From Eubacteriales bacterium (GTDB lineage Bacteria > Bacillota > Clostridia > Oscillospirales > CAG-272), in NCBI GenBank assembly GCA_045636605.1, contig JAZTXV010000027.1, forward strand, positions 15,065 to 79,064: 64,000 nt of DNA, given 5' to 3'. The position numbers and the translations under genes are program-made. A model generated the notes under the pieces. The model did not search any database, was not told the DNA's origin, and saw nothing but the letters and a program-made list of their open reading frames with translations. Below, in pieces: positions 28,511 through 39,056 of this stretch (positions are counted from its first letter, which is position 1; every line of letters begins with the position of its first letter).

Positions 28511-30352
28511 ATGAAGATTAAATCACTTATTTTGCTTTTGATGCTTCTCCTTTGCGTAGGCTTTGCTTCCTGCGACGAGGAGGCAATACCATCTCAAAGC
28601 TCATCTAATAATGAGCACGTTCACGCATATTTCGAAACCAAGGTTGAGCCAACCTGCACAGAGCAGGGCTATACCGTATCGGAATGTGAATGTGGAAGCA
28701 CGGGTAGATCAAACTATGTTGAGCCTCTCGGACACAAGGGCGGAGAATGGAAGACCGTATCTGTTGTTTCCTGCGCCGAGGACGGAAAAAAGGAGCAGTA
28801 TTGCACGGTGTGCGAGGCTCTTGTTGATACACAAATCACCCCCAAGCTCAACCACACCTACACCTCAAAGACAATTGAGCCAACCTGCACGGAGCAGGGG
28901 TATAACGAAAACGTATGTAAAAAATGCGGCAATACATACACAGACACCTTTATGCCGAAATCGGCTTGCGTGTCCGGCGATCCCATCACCGTAAAAAGTG
29001 CGACCTGCGAGAATTCGGGAAAGCGTGAATACCATTGTAAGAATTGCAACAAGCTTCTTCGTGAGGAGGTAATATCCGTTACCCAATGTAACCATGTTGC
29101 CTACGCAATCGAGGCTACCGACGATAAAGAGGCATATACCCTTTACGTATGCACAATGTGCGGAAAATCATACACAGGTCCCTATCTTTCAGAGGAAGCG
29201 TTAGCGCAAAAGACTGCAAAGGAAATCTATGCTCTTGCTAAAAATGCACTTGTGGAAATTATGACTTATGATAGGGGAGAAAATCCTCTTGCAATAGGAA
29301 CGGGCTTCTTTATCTCTGCCGACGGATATATCGTAACCAACTATCACGTAGTAAGAGGTGCACACTCTGCATCAATTGCAAGATATGCGGGCGGAAGCAC
29401 AGTTACAAGCATTGATGTTGTCGCATACAGCATAGAGCAGGACATTGCCATTCTTAAGATTGAAACCTCAAATGAAGCATACCTCGAATTTTCTAAGAAT
29501 TCACCCGAAACAGGCGACAATGTGTACGCAATCGGTAGCTCTATAGGACTTACCGACACCTTTACACACGGTATGATTTCCAACACGGACAGATACATAA
29601 GCGGCAAAAATTGTATTCAATTCACCGCTCCGATTTCAAACGGAAACAGCGGCGGCCCGTTGCTTGATAGCACGGGTAAGGTAATCGGCGTTGTAACTAT
29701 GATGGTTGAAGATGCCCAAAACATCAATTTCGCCATTAAAGCATCTGTTGTTGAGGGCGTAAATGCCAAAAGATTGGAAACGCCTCTTGACATAAAGGGA
29801 CTTTATAAGGAAACTCTCTCCGACTCCGCAAACGTTGTCCTCAAATATTACATTATGAACAACTACACGGAAAAGGATGATTACAAATACTACATCTATT
29901 CCTATGAGCCGCAAACCGCAACGAGCCTTGCAAGAGAATACTACTTTGTTTACGATTCGCTTGACGATAAGCTTTTCCTGCAAATTGATATTGTCGCTTC
30001 AAAAACGGGTATGAACCGTCTGACAATAACGGTTGAGCTTGATGACGTAAACGACGGCTACTATGCCGTTAGTATGTATGACTACGACTACTCTCAAACC
30101 ACCGTGGTCGGCTACGTAAAGCATAATGCCGATATCAAAATCATGACAAGCTATGACGAGAATATATTCAACTCTGTGTTCAAGGAAATTGAAATCAAAT
30201 ATCTTGAAACAGACGAGAAAAATCCGCCCTCAACAATGAAAATTCTCTTGTATCAGTCGTATCTTAGCCTTATGTCAAAGTTCGCAAATGTTCTCTTACA
30301 TTCCGATACGACAATGACACTTGATACCTTCAATATCAAGCTTCCCAAATAA
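28511..30352 (+). CDS. Putative lipoprotein: N-terminal Cys-rich modules + trypsin-like S1C serine protease + C-terminal domain of unknown function
   Basis: 613 aa. Lipobox-like LLLCVGFAS-C. 4-5 modules containing EPTCTEQGY...C..C. Catalytic triad context TNYHVV / DIAILKI / GNSGGPLLD. About 190 aa of unassigned C-terminus. Confidence 0.85.
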   Translation: MKIKSLILLLMLLLCVGFASCDEEAIPSQSSSNNEHVHAYFETKVEPTCTEQGYTVSECECGSTGRSNYVEPLGHKGGEWKTVSVVSCAEDGKKEQYCTVCEALVDTQITPKLNHTYTSKTIEPTCTEQGYNENVCKKCGNTYTDTFMPKSACVSGDPITVKSATCENSGKREYHCKNCNKLLREEVISVTQCNHVAYAIEATDDKEAYTLYVCTMCGKSYTGPYLSEEALAQKTAKEIYALAKNALVEIMTYDRGENPLAIGTGFFISADGYIVTNYHVVRGAHSASIARYAGGSTVTSIDVVAYSIEQDIAILKIETSNEAYLEFSKNSPETGDNVYAIGSSIGLTDTFTHGMISNTDRYISGKNCIQFTAPISNGNSGGPLLDSTGKVIGVVTMMVEDAQNINFAIKASVVEGVNAKRLETPLDIKGLYKETLSDSANVVLKYYIMNNYTEKDDYKYYIYSYEPQTATSLAREYYFVYDSLDDKLFLQIDIVASKTGMNRLTITVELDDVNDGYYAVSMYDYDYSQTTVVGYVKHNADIKIMTSYDENIFNSVFKEIEIKYLETDEKNPPSTMKILLYQSYLSLMSKFANVLLHSDTTMTLDTFNIKLPK

Positions 30353-30398
30353 ACGGGTGCCGTTATCGGCAAACAGGTACATAATATTACGACAAAAT

Positions 30399-30435
30399 AA
30401 GCAGAGCCTGCAAAATCGCAGACTCTGCTTTTTTG
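30399..30435 (+). terminator. Rho-independent terminator after the protease gene
   Basis: GCAGAGCCTGC-AAAATC-GCAGACTCTGC followed by T6. Confidence 0.8.
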
Positions 30436-30547
30436 TATAAAAAAATGCTTGTGCGAAAAAATATAAAAAAATATCTTTATAATATTGAAAAAAAACGAAA
30501 AAGGTGATATACTGTATCTTGGAATGGTGTGAACAGGAGGAAAGCGT

Positions 30548-31669
30548 ATGAAAATAGGGCTTTTGGGCTTCGGCTCAATGGGAAGAACACACGCATATGC
30601 AATAAGGGCAATCCCGTATTTCTTTTCTGCGGGCGCAAGCGTGCAAATATACGGCGTATGCACCTCGCACACGGATAGTGCAAGGCGTGCGTGCGAGCAA
30701 TTCGACCTCGGATTTTATACAACAAACGAGGATGATATAATCTATAATCCCGAAATTGATGCCGTTGATATCTGCACTCCAAATATCTACCATTACGAAA
30801 GCGCAAAAAAGGCAATCCTCGCAGGTAAAAGCGTTTATTGCGAAAAGCCTCTTGCCGTAACCTATGAGCAGGCGAAGGAGCTTGCGGCTCTCGCTAATCA
30901 GATGGGTGTGACGGCTCAGGTCGTGTTCAATAACAGATTTCTCAGCGCAATTTTGCGTGCTAAGGAAATAATTTCAAGCGGAGCGCTTGGCAGAATTTTG
31001 TCCTTTGATGCAAAATATCTTCATTCAAGCGCTACCGATATTACCAAAAACGCAGGCTGGAAGCAAAACAGCGACATTTGTGGCGGTGGAGTCCTTTTCG
31101 ACCTCGGTTCACACGTAATAGACTTGATTTACTATCTTTGCGGCGAGTTTTCAAGCGTGTACGGTAAGTCGCAAATTGCTTACCCCGTTCGCCGTGGAAT
31201 GAATGGTGAGGAGTGGCAAACCAACGCAGACGAGGCGTTTTATATTATGGCAACGCTAAGGTGCAAAGCGCACGGACTAATAGAGGTTAGCAAAATTGCC
31301 GTAGGCTCAAATGACGATCTTTCGTTTGAAATCAGAGGTGAAAACGGAAGCCTCAGGTTCAGTCTTATGGAGCTAAACTACCTCGAATACTACACAAACG
31401 ATGCGCCAAACGGCTCATACGGTGGAATGAGAGGCTATACCAAAATCGAATGTGTGAACAGATACGATGCCCCCGGCGGAATTTTTCCTGGAATAAAGGC
31501 GCCGATAGGATGGCTGAGAGGTCATATCGGAAGTATGTATGCATTTTGCGATGCAGTCGCAACGGGCAAAAAGGCATCTCCGTCATTCGACGAGGGCGCA
31601 TATGTTCAAAGGGTGCTTGAGTGCGCATATATGTCAAGTGCTCAAGGCAAGGAAATCATAATTGACTAA
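30548..31669 (+). CDS. Gfo/Idh/MocA-family NAD(P)-dependent oxidoreductase
   Basis: 373 aa. N-terminal Rossmann motif IGLLGFGSMGRTH and the EKPLA motif. Confidence 0.85.
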   Translation: MKIGLLGFGSMGRTHAYAIRAIPYFFSAGASVQIYGVCTSHTDSARRACEQFDLGFYTTNEDDIIYNPEIDAVDICTPNIYHYESAKKAILAGKSVYCEKPLAVTYEQAKELAALANQMGVTAQVVFNNRFLSAILRAKEIISSGALGRILSFDAKYLHSSATDITKNAGWKQNSDICGGGVLFDLGSHVIDLIYYLCGEFSSVYGKSQIAYPVRRGMNGEEWQTNADEAFYIMATLRCKAHGLIEVSKIAVGSNDDLSFEIRGENGSLRFSLMELNYLEYYTNDAPNGSYGGMRGYTKIECVNRYDAPGGIFPGIKAPIGWLRGHIGSMYAFCDAVATGKKASPSFDEGAYVQRVLECAYMSSAQGKEIIID

Positions 31670-31683
31670 CCCAAGGAGAAAAT

Positions 31684-32286
31684 ATGATAACAATAGGACT
31701 TTGTGGCTCAACGGGCGCAGGCAAGGGCTATGTGTGCGAGCGCTTCAGGATCTTTGGCGTTGAATACATCGACACGGACAGAGTGTACTCCGAAAGGGTT
31801 GTCACCGCCGGCACCGAGTGTATGGCGGAGCTTCGGTCATTTTTTGGGGACGGGATAATACACCCCGACGGCACGCTTGACAGGGCAGCTCTCTCCAAAA
31901 AAGTGTTCGAGGGGGAGAATGCACAGAAAAACCGAGCTACATTAAATAAAATAACCCACAAATATATAAAGGCAGAGGTTTTGAAGCTTCTTGCTGCAAA
32001 TGCAGAAAACGGCATCAAGGCGACCGTCATTGATGCTCCCGTGCTTTTTGAAAGCGGATTTGACAGTATGTGCGATATCACAGTCTGTGTTACTGCGCCA
32101 CAAGAAATGAAGCTTGAAAGAGTGGTACAAAGAGATGGCATCTCTTGCGATAGGGCGCTGGCAAGATTGCAGGGACAGCTACCGGACAGTAGGCTGAGAG
32201 AGCTGTGCGATTATGAAATCGTAAATGACGGCGTATCGAATATAGACGCTCAAATTACGGAAATATTGAGAAAAATAAACCTTTAA
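31684..32286 (+). CDS. coaE: Dephospho-CoA kinase
   Basis: 200 aa. P-loop GLCGSTGAGKG and the typical CoaE length and layout. Confidence 0.85.
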   Translation: MITIGLCGSTGAGKGYVCERFRIFGVEYIDTDRVYSERVVTAGTECMAELRSFFGDGIIHPDGTLDRAALSKKVFEGENAQKNRATLNKITHKYIKAEVLKLLAANAENGIKATVIDAPVLFESGFDSMCDITVCVTAPQEMKLERVVQRDGISCDRALARLQGQLPDSRLRELCDYEIVNDGVSNIDAQITEILRKINL

Positions 32287-32300
32287 AAAGGAGAATTGAT

Positions 32301-33698
32301 ATGGCAGAAAACGAAAAGAGAAGCGACGAGCTTCTGAAAGAAAAGCTTTTCTACAAGAAAAAGAACGCATTCGTGGATTCAGAGGAGGGCTATACGGCTT
32401 TAGTCCAAGAATACGCACAGGGCTACAAGCGCTTCCTTGATCGCTCAAAAACGGAAAGAGAGGCAGTGCTCGAAGCCATAAGAATGGCAACCGAGGCAGG
32501 CTTCGTTGAGTACAGACTTGGCGATAAAATTGAGCGTGGCGGAAAATATTATTTCAACAACAGAGGCAAGAGCATATATTTGTTTGTTGCGGGAAGCGAG
32601 CCACTTGAAAACGGCATCAGAATTTGCGCATCTCACATCGACTCACCACGCCTTGACCTGAAGCAGCATCCTCTTTACGAGAGTGAGAAAATGGCATACC
32701 TTAAGACTCACTACTACGGCGGAATAAGAAAATACCAATGGCTCACCATTCCTCTTGCGCTACATGGTGTTGTAACCAAGGCGGACGGCGAAACGGTAAC
32801 AGTAGTAATCGGTGAGGATGAGGGGGATCCGATATTCTGCATAACGGACCTTCTCCCGCATCTTGCGCAGGAGCAGGCAGGAGTACCGCTTGCAAAGGCA
32901 TTCAGCGGAGAGGGACTCAACATTCTTATCGGTAGCGAGCCCTTTGGTGAGTGCGACGAGGCGATCAAGCTTCATATGCTCAAAATCCTTAACGATAAAT
33001 ACGGAATTGTCGAAGCAGACCTTATGAGCGCAGAGCTCGTTGCCGTTCCCGCTATGAAGGCAAGAGATCTCGGTCTTGACCGTTCATTTATCGCAGGCTA
33101 CGGCCACGACGACCGTGTATGCTCATATCCCGCAATCACCGCAATCCTTGAAAACAAGGACAGCGCTCATACCATTATGTGCGTGCTTGCCGACAAGGAG
33201 GAAATCGGTAGCGAGGGCGTAAGCGGAATGCAATGTGATCTTATCGTTGACCTGATAGGCGAGCTTTGTCGCCATCTCGGCGGAAACGAAAGTGTTGTAA
33301 GAGCAAGCTCAATGTGCCTTTCCGCCGATGTAAACGCAGGATACGATCCGCTTTACCCGGAGGTATATGAGAAGCGCAACAGCGCCCTTATGAACAGCGG
33401 AGTTGTAATGTCAAAATATACAGGCTCAAGAGGTAAGAGCTCAACAAGCGATGCAAGTGCAGAGTTCGTCGGAAAAATTCGCAAAATCTTCGATGACGCA
33501 GGTGTAATTTGGCAAACTGCCGAGCTTGGCAAGGTTGATGCAGGCGGCGGCGGAACCGTTGCTATGTATATTGCCAACCACAACATCGAAACCGTTGATA
33601 TCGGTGTTCCCGTTCTTTCAATGCATGCTCCTATGGAGGTAATCGCAAAGAACGATTTGTACCAGGCACACAGAGCATTCAGTGCATTTTGCAAGTGA
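32301..33698 (+). CDS. M18-family aminopeptidase (aminopeptidase 1 type)
   Basis: 465 aa. SHIDSPRLDLK, GHDDRVCSY and EEIGSEG motifs typical of M18/M42-clan aminopeptidases. Confidence 0.8.
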   Translation: MAENEKRSDELLKEKLFYKKKNAFVDSEEGYTALVQEYAQGYKRFLDRSKTEREAVLEAIRMATEAGFVEYRLGDKIERGGKYYFNNRGKSIYLFVAGSEPLENGIRICASHIDSPRLDLKQHPLYESEKMAYLKTHYYGGIRKYQWLTIPLALHGVVTKADGETVTVVIGEDEGDPIFCITDLLPHLAQEQAGVPLAKAFSGEGLNILIGSEPFGECDEAIKLHMLKILNDKYGIVEADLMSAELVAVPAMKARDLGLDRSFIAGYGHDDRVCSYPAITAILENKDSAHTIMCVLADKEEIGSEGVSGMQCDLIVDLIGELCRHLGGNESVVRASSMCLSADVNAGYDPLYPEVYEKRNSALMNSGVVMSKYTGSRGKSSTSDASAEFVGKIRKIFDDAGVIWQTAELGKVDAGGGGTVAMYIANHNIETVDIGVPVLSMHAPMEVIAKNDLYQAHRAFSAFCK

Positions 33699-33739
33699 TA
33701 ACCGAAAATAACAACAAAAGATAAAAAGAGGAAAAGAAA

Positions 33740-34702
33740 ATGGACATTTTTGAAAAGCTACACACCTACGGACTTGTTCCCGTAATAAAAATCACAGACG
33801 TAAAGAACGCAGTTCCGCTTGCTAAGGCTCTTGCCAAGGGTGGACTCAACTGTGCGGAAATTACTTTTCGTACCGCTTGTGCAAAGGAAGCAATCAAGGC
33901 AGTAACAGATGCGCTCCCCGATATGCTTGTCGGTGCGGGAACCGTTTTGACACCCGAGCAGGCAGACGAGGCTTGGGAGGCTGGCGCTAAGTTTATCGTA
34001 AGCCCCGGTCTTAACCCGAGAGTAGTTAAGCACTGCATCGAAAAGGGATACCCCATCCTTCCCGGCTGCGCAACTCCAAGCGAGGTTGAGCAGGCTATTG
34101 AGCTTGGCCTTAAGGCAGTAAAATTCTTTCCGGCTGAGGCGGCAGGCGGACTCAATATGATAAAGTCAATGTCCGCACCCTACGGCTCGCTTAAGTTTAT
34201 GCCGACAGGTGGAATAAACGAGGACAATATGCTCTCGTATCTCTCCTTTAACAAAATCATCGCATGCGGCGGAAGCTTTATGGTTAAGGACAGTCTTATC
34301 GAGACAGGCAACTTTGACGAAATAACAGCACTCACAAGAAGCGCAGTTATGAAGATGCTTGGCTTCAAGCTCGTTCATATCGGTATCAACTGTGAAAATC
34401 AAGACGAGGCGTTGAGAGGTGCGCAAATCATTTCGGGACTTTTCGGTCTTGATTATAAGGTTGGCAACTCATCAACCTTCGCAGGCACCGATTTTGAATT
34501 TACACATAAGCCCTTCTACGGTAAGAACGGACATCTTGCAATCGCAACCAACTTCCCCGACAGAGCAAGAGCATATCTTGAGGGACAGGGTGTTGAATTT
34601 ATTGAGGAAAGCGCAGTATATGACGAAAAGGGCGCTTTGAAGGTAATTTACTTAAAGGATGAGATCTGTGGATTCGCTATCCATCTCGTAAAGAAGAAAT
34701 AA
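33740..34702 (+). CDS. eda: KDPG / 4-hydroxy-2-oxoglutarate aldolase (Eda) with a ~115-aa C-terminal VOC/glyoxalase-like extension
   Basis: 320 aa. Eda motifs (VPVIKI, EITFRT, KFFPA, MPTGGI) occupy the first ~205 aa. The remainder ([15 protein letters not shown]...HLAIATN...FAIHLV) looks VOC-like. Confidence 0.75.
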   Translation: MDIFEKLHTYGLVPVIKITDVKNAVPLAKALAKGGLNCAEITFRTACAKEAIKAVTDALPDMLVGAGTVLTPEQADEAWEAGAKFIVSPGLNPRVVKHCIEKGYPILPGCATPSEVEQAIELGLKAVKFFPAEAAGGLNMIKSMSAPYGSLKFMPTGGINEDNMLSYLSFNKIIACGGSFMVKDSLIETGNFDEITALTRSAVMKMLGFKLVHIGINCENQDEALRGAQIISGLFGLDYKVGNSSTFAGTDFEFTHKPFYGKNGHLAIATNFPDRARAYLEGQGVEFIEESAVYDEKGALKVIYLKDEICGFAIHLVKKK

Positions 34703-34703
34703 T

Positions 34704-35765
34704 ATGTTTGATAAGCTAAACAAGGCAGAGCAAAGATACGAGCAAATCGAGCAGGATCTCTCAAATCCCGAGATTATCTCCAATCAAGAGGCTTTTACAA
34801 AGCTTATGAAGGAATATAAGGCGCTTTGTCCCATAATCGAAAAATACCGTGAGTATAAAAAGGTAAAAAGCGATATGGACGGCGCACGCTCCTTAATGGA
34901 CGAGGGTGGCGAGCTTTATGAGATGGCGCTCGAGGAATACAAGGAATGTAAGGAAAGATTAGAGCAAATCGAGCAGGAGCTTAAAATTCTGCTCATTCCC
35001 AAGGATCCAAATGACGATAAAAACGTTATTGTCGAAATCCGTGGTGGCGCAGGTGGCGACGAGGCGGCTCTTTTCGCCTATGTTCTTTACAGAATGTACA
35101 ATATGTACGCAGACTCCGCAGGATTCAAGACCGAGCTTTTGAGCTGTAACGAAACAGGACTCGGCGGCTTCAAGGAGGTCACGTTTATGATATCGGGAGA
35201 GGGCGCATACTCTCGCTTCAAGTTTGAAAGCGGAGTTCACCGTGTTCAAAGAGTTCCCGAAACAGAAACACAGGGCAGAATACACACCTCAACGGCAACC
35301 GTTGCCGTGCTTCCCGAGGCAGAGGAGGTAGAAATTGAAATTCTGCCGACAGACGTTATAATCGAAACCTGCAAGAGCAGTGGCGCAGGCGGACAGCACG
35401 TCAACAAAACCGAAAGCGCAATCCGTTTGATTCATAAGCCCACGGGCATAGTCGTTGAATGTCAGGACGAGCGCAGTCAATTCAAAAACAAAGACAAGGC
35501 TTTTAAAATCCTTCGTACCAAGCTTTACGATATGAAGCAGCAGGAAATGGATTCCAAGATTGCATCGGAGCGCAGAAGCCAGGTAGGCACAGGAGACAGA
35601 AGCGAAAGAATAAGAACCTATAACTATCCGCAGGGACGTGTAACGGATCACAGAATAAATTTCACAATCTATTCTCTTGATGCGTTCCTTAACGGAGATA
35701 TAGGAGAAATGCTGGAGAAGCTTGCAACCGCTGATGCGGCTGAAAAGCTAAAGGGCGAGGAGTAA
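34704..35765 (+). CDS. prfA: Peptide chain release factor 1
   Basis: 353 aa. PET tripeptide (PETETQGR) and the GGQHVN motif. Confidence 0.95.
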   Translation: MFDKLNKAEQRYEQIEQDLSNPEIISNQEAFTKLMKEYKALCPIIEKYREYKKVKSDMDGARSLMDEGGELYEMALEEYKECKERLEQIEQELKILLIPKDPNDDKNVIVEIRGGAGGDEAALFAYVLYRMYNMYADSAGFKTELLSCNETGLGGFKEVTFMISGEGAYSRFKFESGVHRVQRVPETETQGRIHTSTATVAVLPEAEEVEIEILPTDVIIETCKSSGAGGQHVNKTESAIRLIHKPTGIVVECQDERSQFKNKDKAFKILRTKLYDMKQQEMDSKIASERRSQVGTGDRSERIRTYNYPQGRVTDHRINFTIYSLDAFLNGDIGEMLEKLATADAAEKLKGEE

Positions 35766-36796
35766 TGATAACAGAGGTTTTAAAATGGGACGCTCAGGGT
35801 GCGCTTGAAAAAGCGGCACAGCTGATAAAAAACGGAGAGCTTGTCGGAATACCGACGGAAACTGTTTATGGGCTTGGCGCAAACGCATACGATGCCAAGG
35901 CGTGTAGTAGCATCTTCAAGGCAAAGGGACGTCCTTGCGACAACCCCCTTATCGTTCACGTAAGCGAGCCATCTTATGCTGAAAACATTGCCTATACCAA
36001 TGAGCTTTACTATAAGCTGGCGGAGCGCTTTATGCCGGGACCACTTACGATTATATTACCTAAAAGAGATATCATTCCAAGTGAGGTAACTGCGAATCTT
36101 GACAGTGTTGCAATAAGATGTCCCGTTCATAGTGTGGCAAGAAAAATAATAGAGCTTAGCGGAGTCCCGATTGCCGCTCCATCGGCAAATAAATCGGGAA
36201 TGCCCTCACCGACAACCGCACAGCACGTCTATAACGATATGAGAGGAGAAATTCCGCTCATAATTGACGCAGGTGCGTGTGAGGTGGGAGTAGAGTCCAC
36301 TGTTATCAAAATAACGGATAGCTCCATAATCCTTCTTCGTCCGGGAGCGATAACACTAGAGATGCTGAAGGAGGTATGCGATAGTGTTAGCGTGTCGGGC
36401 GCAGTCCTGGAGGAGCTAAAGGAGGGCGAAACGCCTCTTTCACCGGGTATGAAATATAAGCATTATGCTCCCAAGGCAAGCTTATATCTTGTTGCGCCGG
36501 ATGGAGACGAGTTTTTGAAGCTCATAAGGCAAAGGGCGCAGACGGAGCGATGTGCTGTTATGTGCTACGACGAGGAGATACATAGCCTTGACGGCATGAC
36601 GCTTCTTCCCGTCGGAAAAAGAGATGATATAAAAGAGCAAACCAGACGCCTGTTCGACCTTTTGCGCCGTGCAGATGAGCTTGGCGTGGAAACGATATAT
36701 GCCCATCTTCCAAAAAAGGATGGCGAGGCTCTTGCAATATATAATAGAATGATACGTGCTTGCGCACATAAAGTAATAGGAGAGAAAAATGGCTAA
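35765..36796 (+). CDS. tsaC: L-threonylcarbamoyladenylate synthase (Sua5/YwlC type)
   Basis: 343 aa. PTETVYGLGAN and SAPSANKSG motifs plus a Sua5 C-terminal domain. TAATG overlap with prfA. Confidence 0.9.
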   Translation: MITEVLKWDAQGALEKAAQLIKNGELVGIPTETVYGLGANAYDAKACSSIFKAKGRPCDNPLIVHVSEPSYAENIAYTNELYYKLAERFMPGPLTIILPKRDIIPSEVTANLDSVAIRCPVHSVARKIIELSGVPIAAPSANKSGMPSPTTAQHVYNDMRGEIPLIIDAGACEVGVESTVIKITDSSIILLRPGAITLEMLKEVCDSVSVSGAVLEELKEGETPLSPGMKYKHYAPKASLYLVAPDGDEFLKLIRQRAQTERCAVMCYDEEIHSLDGMTLLPVGKRDDIKEQTRRLFDLLRRADELGVETIYAHLPKKDGEALAIYNRMIRACAHKVIGEKNG

Positions 36797-39056
36797 GAAA
36801 AAGAAGGTAGAGCAGCCGATTGAGGAATACGTAGAAACAGAGCCGAGATATCAGCCGATTACCGAAACGATAGAAACGAACTATATGCCCTACGTTGTAA
36901 GCGTAATGGTGTCACGTGCTATCCCCGAGATTGACGGCTTCAAGCCTGCGCACCGAAAACTCCTCTATACAATGTATAGAATGGGACTTATGAACGGCCA
37001 AAGGCGCAAGAGCGCAAATATCGTCGGAGAAACGATGAAGCTCAATCCTCACGGAGATGCGTCAATATACGAAACAATGGTGCGTCTGACACGTGGAAAC
37101 GAGGCGTTGCTCCACCCGTTTATTGACTCCAAGGGCTCATTCGGTAAGCAGTACAGCAGAGATATGGCATACGCCGCATCAAGATACACTGAGGCGAAGC
37201 TTGATCCGTTCTGCTCCGAAATATTCGGCGGAATTGATAAAAACGCAGTTGAAATGGTTGATAACTACGATAGCACAATGAAGGAGCCAAGGCTTTTGCC
37301 AACAAGCTTCCCTAACGTGCTCGTAAGCGCAAATCTCGGTATTGCCGTCGGACTTGCATCATCTATTTGCTCGTTCAATTTGGTGGAGGTTTGCGATGCA
37401 ACAATAGCGCTTCTCAAAAACCACAGAACCGACATAGAAAAAATTATGGAAATCGTTAAAGCCCCCGATTTCCCGGGCGGAGGTTATGTTGTCTACGAGC
37501 CCGACCAAATAAGAAAGGTGTACGAAACAGGAAAGGGCTCAATCAAGCTCAGGGCAAAATACACCTATAACGCCAAGGCAAACTGTATCGAGATTGTAGA
37601 AATCCCGTACTCCACCTCAATCGAGGCGATAATCAAGGAAATTGCAGATTTGTTCAAGGCGGGTAAGCTAAAGGAAATTACCGACTTCCGTGACGAGATC
37701 GACCTAAGTGGCTTCAAGCTTGCAATTGATCTTAAAAAGGGCACAGATCCCGAGGCGGTTATGCAAAAGCTTTTCAAGTTCACACCACTTGAGGATAGCT
37801 TTGCGTGCAACTTCAATGTGCTCGTAAATAGCGTTCCACGCCAAATGGGAATAAAGGAAATCCTTGTCGAGTGGATAAAATTCCGTACTCAATGCCTTAC
37901 AAGAGAATTTAATTTCGACCTTGAAAAGAAAAAGAGCAGACTCCATCTGCTTGTCGGACTTGAAAAAATCCTCTTGGATATTGACAAGGCAATAAAGATT
38001 GTCAAGGAAACGGAAAAGGACGATGATGTTGTTCCAAATCTTATGAGGGGCTTTGGAATTGACGAGGAGCAGGCGGAATTTGTAGCTGATATCAAGCTCC
38101 GTCACCTCAACCGTGAATACATTATGAACCGTGTTGCCGACATTGAAAAGCTAACCGAGGAAATCGCTCAAATCCAGGCAATTCTCGAGGACGAGATAAA
38201 AATGAAGGCGGTAATCATAAAGCAGCTTAACGAAATCAAGAAAAAATACGGCAAGCCGAGAAGAACAGGTATAATTCAGTCAAGCGATATCGTAGAATTT
38301 ACAAAAGAGGATATGATAGAGGACTTCACGTGTATGATATTCTTCACCAAGGAGGGATATTTCAAGAAGATAACTCAGCAATCCCTTCGTGGAAACTCCG
38401 AGCAAAAGCTTAAGGAGGGCGACGAGCTTCTATGCTCACTTGAGGTGAAAAATAAGGATGAAATCATATTCTTCACCAACAAGGCCCAGGTTTACTTTGC
38501 AAGAATAAGCGATTTTGAGCTTTCTAAGGCATCAGAGCTTGGAACGTACGTTGCAACAAAGCTAAAATTTGACGAGGACGAAAGACCGGTATTTATGAGG
38601 GTAAATCCCGAATATACGGACTCACAAAACCTCATATTCTTCTTTGAAAACGGTAAGGCAGTAAGAGTTCCGATGAGCGCTTATGCGACACAGGGCGCAA
38701 GGAAAAAGCTCAAGAAGGCATACTGTGAGCTTTCTCCCATAGTCAGCATCGTTTACGAGGAAAGCGATGACCACATTTTGATTTTAAATTCAGACAGCAA
38801 GGCAATACTTATTCGCCCGTCACTCATTCCGATAAAGACCACAAGAACATCACAGGGCACAACGATATTTGCAATGAATTTGAAAAAGCACCAGGTGGTA
38901 ACCGAGGTTCTCGTTGATTATAGCGAGCGTTTCCCGGACGCAATGTCACGTTATCGCAAGATAAAAATTCCCGCAATGGGAGTTTTGATAAGCGATGAGG
39001 ACGTCACAACAAAGCAAATTAAGATTGAAGATAAACGAAGAAAGGGTAAAAAGTAA
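36789..39056 (+). CDS. Type IIA DNA topoisomerase subunit A (GyrA/ParC family)
   Basis: 755 aa. DGFKPAHRK, HPHGD-like NPHGDAS and the catalytic Tyr context AASRYTEAKL. Overlaps tsaC by 8 nt. No B subunit in the window. Confidence 0.85.
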   Translation: MAKKKKVEQPIEEYVETEPRYQPITETIETNYMPYVVSVMVSRAIPEIDGFKPAHRKLLYTMYRMGLMNGQRRKSANIVGETMKLNPHGDASIYETMVRLTRGNEALLHPFIDSKGSFGKQYSRDMAYAASRYTEAKLDPFCSEIFGGIDKNAVEMVDNYDSTMKEPRLLPTSFPNVLVSANLGIAVGLASSICSFNLVEVCDATIALLKNHRTDIEKIMEIVKAPDFPGGGYVVYEPDQIRKVYETGKGSIKLRAKYTYNAKANCIEIVEIPYSTSIEAIIKEIADLFKAGKLKEITDFRDEIDLSGFKLAIDLKKGTDPEAVMQKLFKFTPLEDSFACNFNVLVNSVPRQMGIKEILVEWIKFRTQCLTREFNFDLEKKKSRLHLLVGLEKILLDIDKAIKIVKETEKDDDVVPNLMRGFGIDEEQAEFVADIKLRHLNREYIMNRVADIEKLTEEIAQIQAILEDEIKMKAVIIKQLNEIKKKYGKPRRTGIIQSSDIVEFTKEDMIEDFTCMIFFTKEGYFKKITQQSLRGNSEQKLKEGDELLCSLEVKNKDEIIFFTNKAQVYFARISDFELSKASELGTYVATKLKFDEDERPVFMRVNPEYTDSQNLIFFFENGKAVRVPMSAYATQGARKKLKKAYCELSPIVSIVYEESDDHILILNSDSKAILIRPSLIPIKTTRTSQGTTIFAMNLKKHQVVTEVLVDYSERFPDAMSRYRKIKIPAMGVLISDEDVTTKQIKIEDKRRKGKK

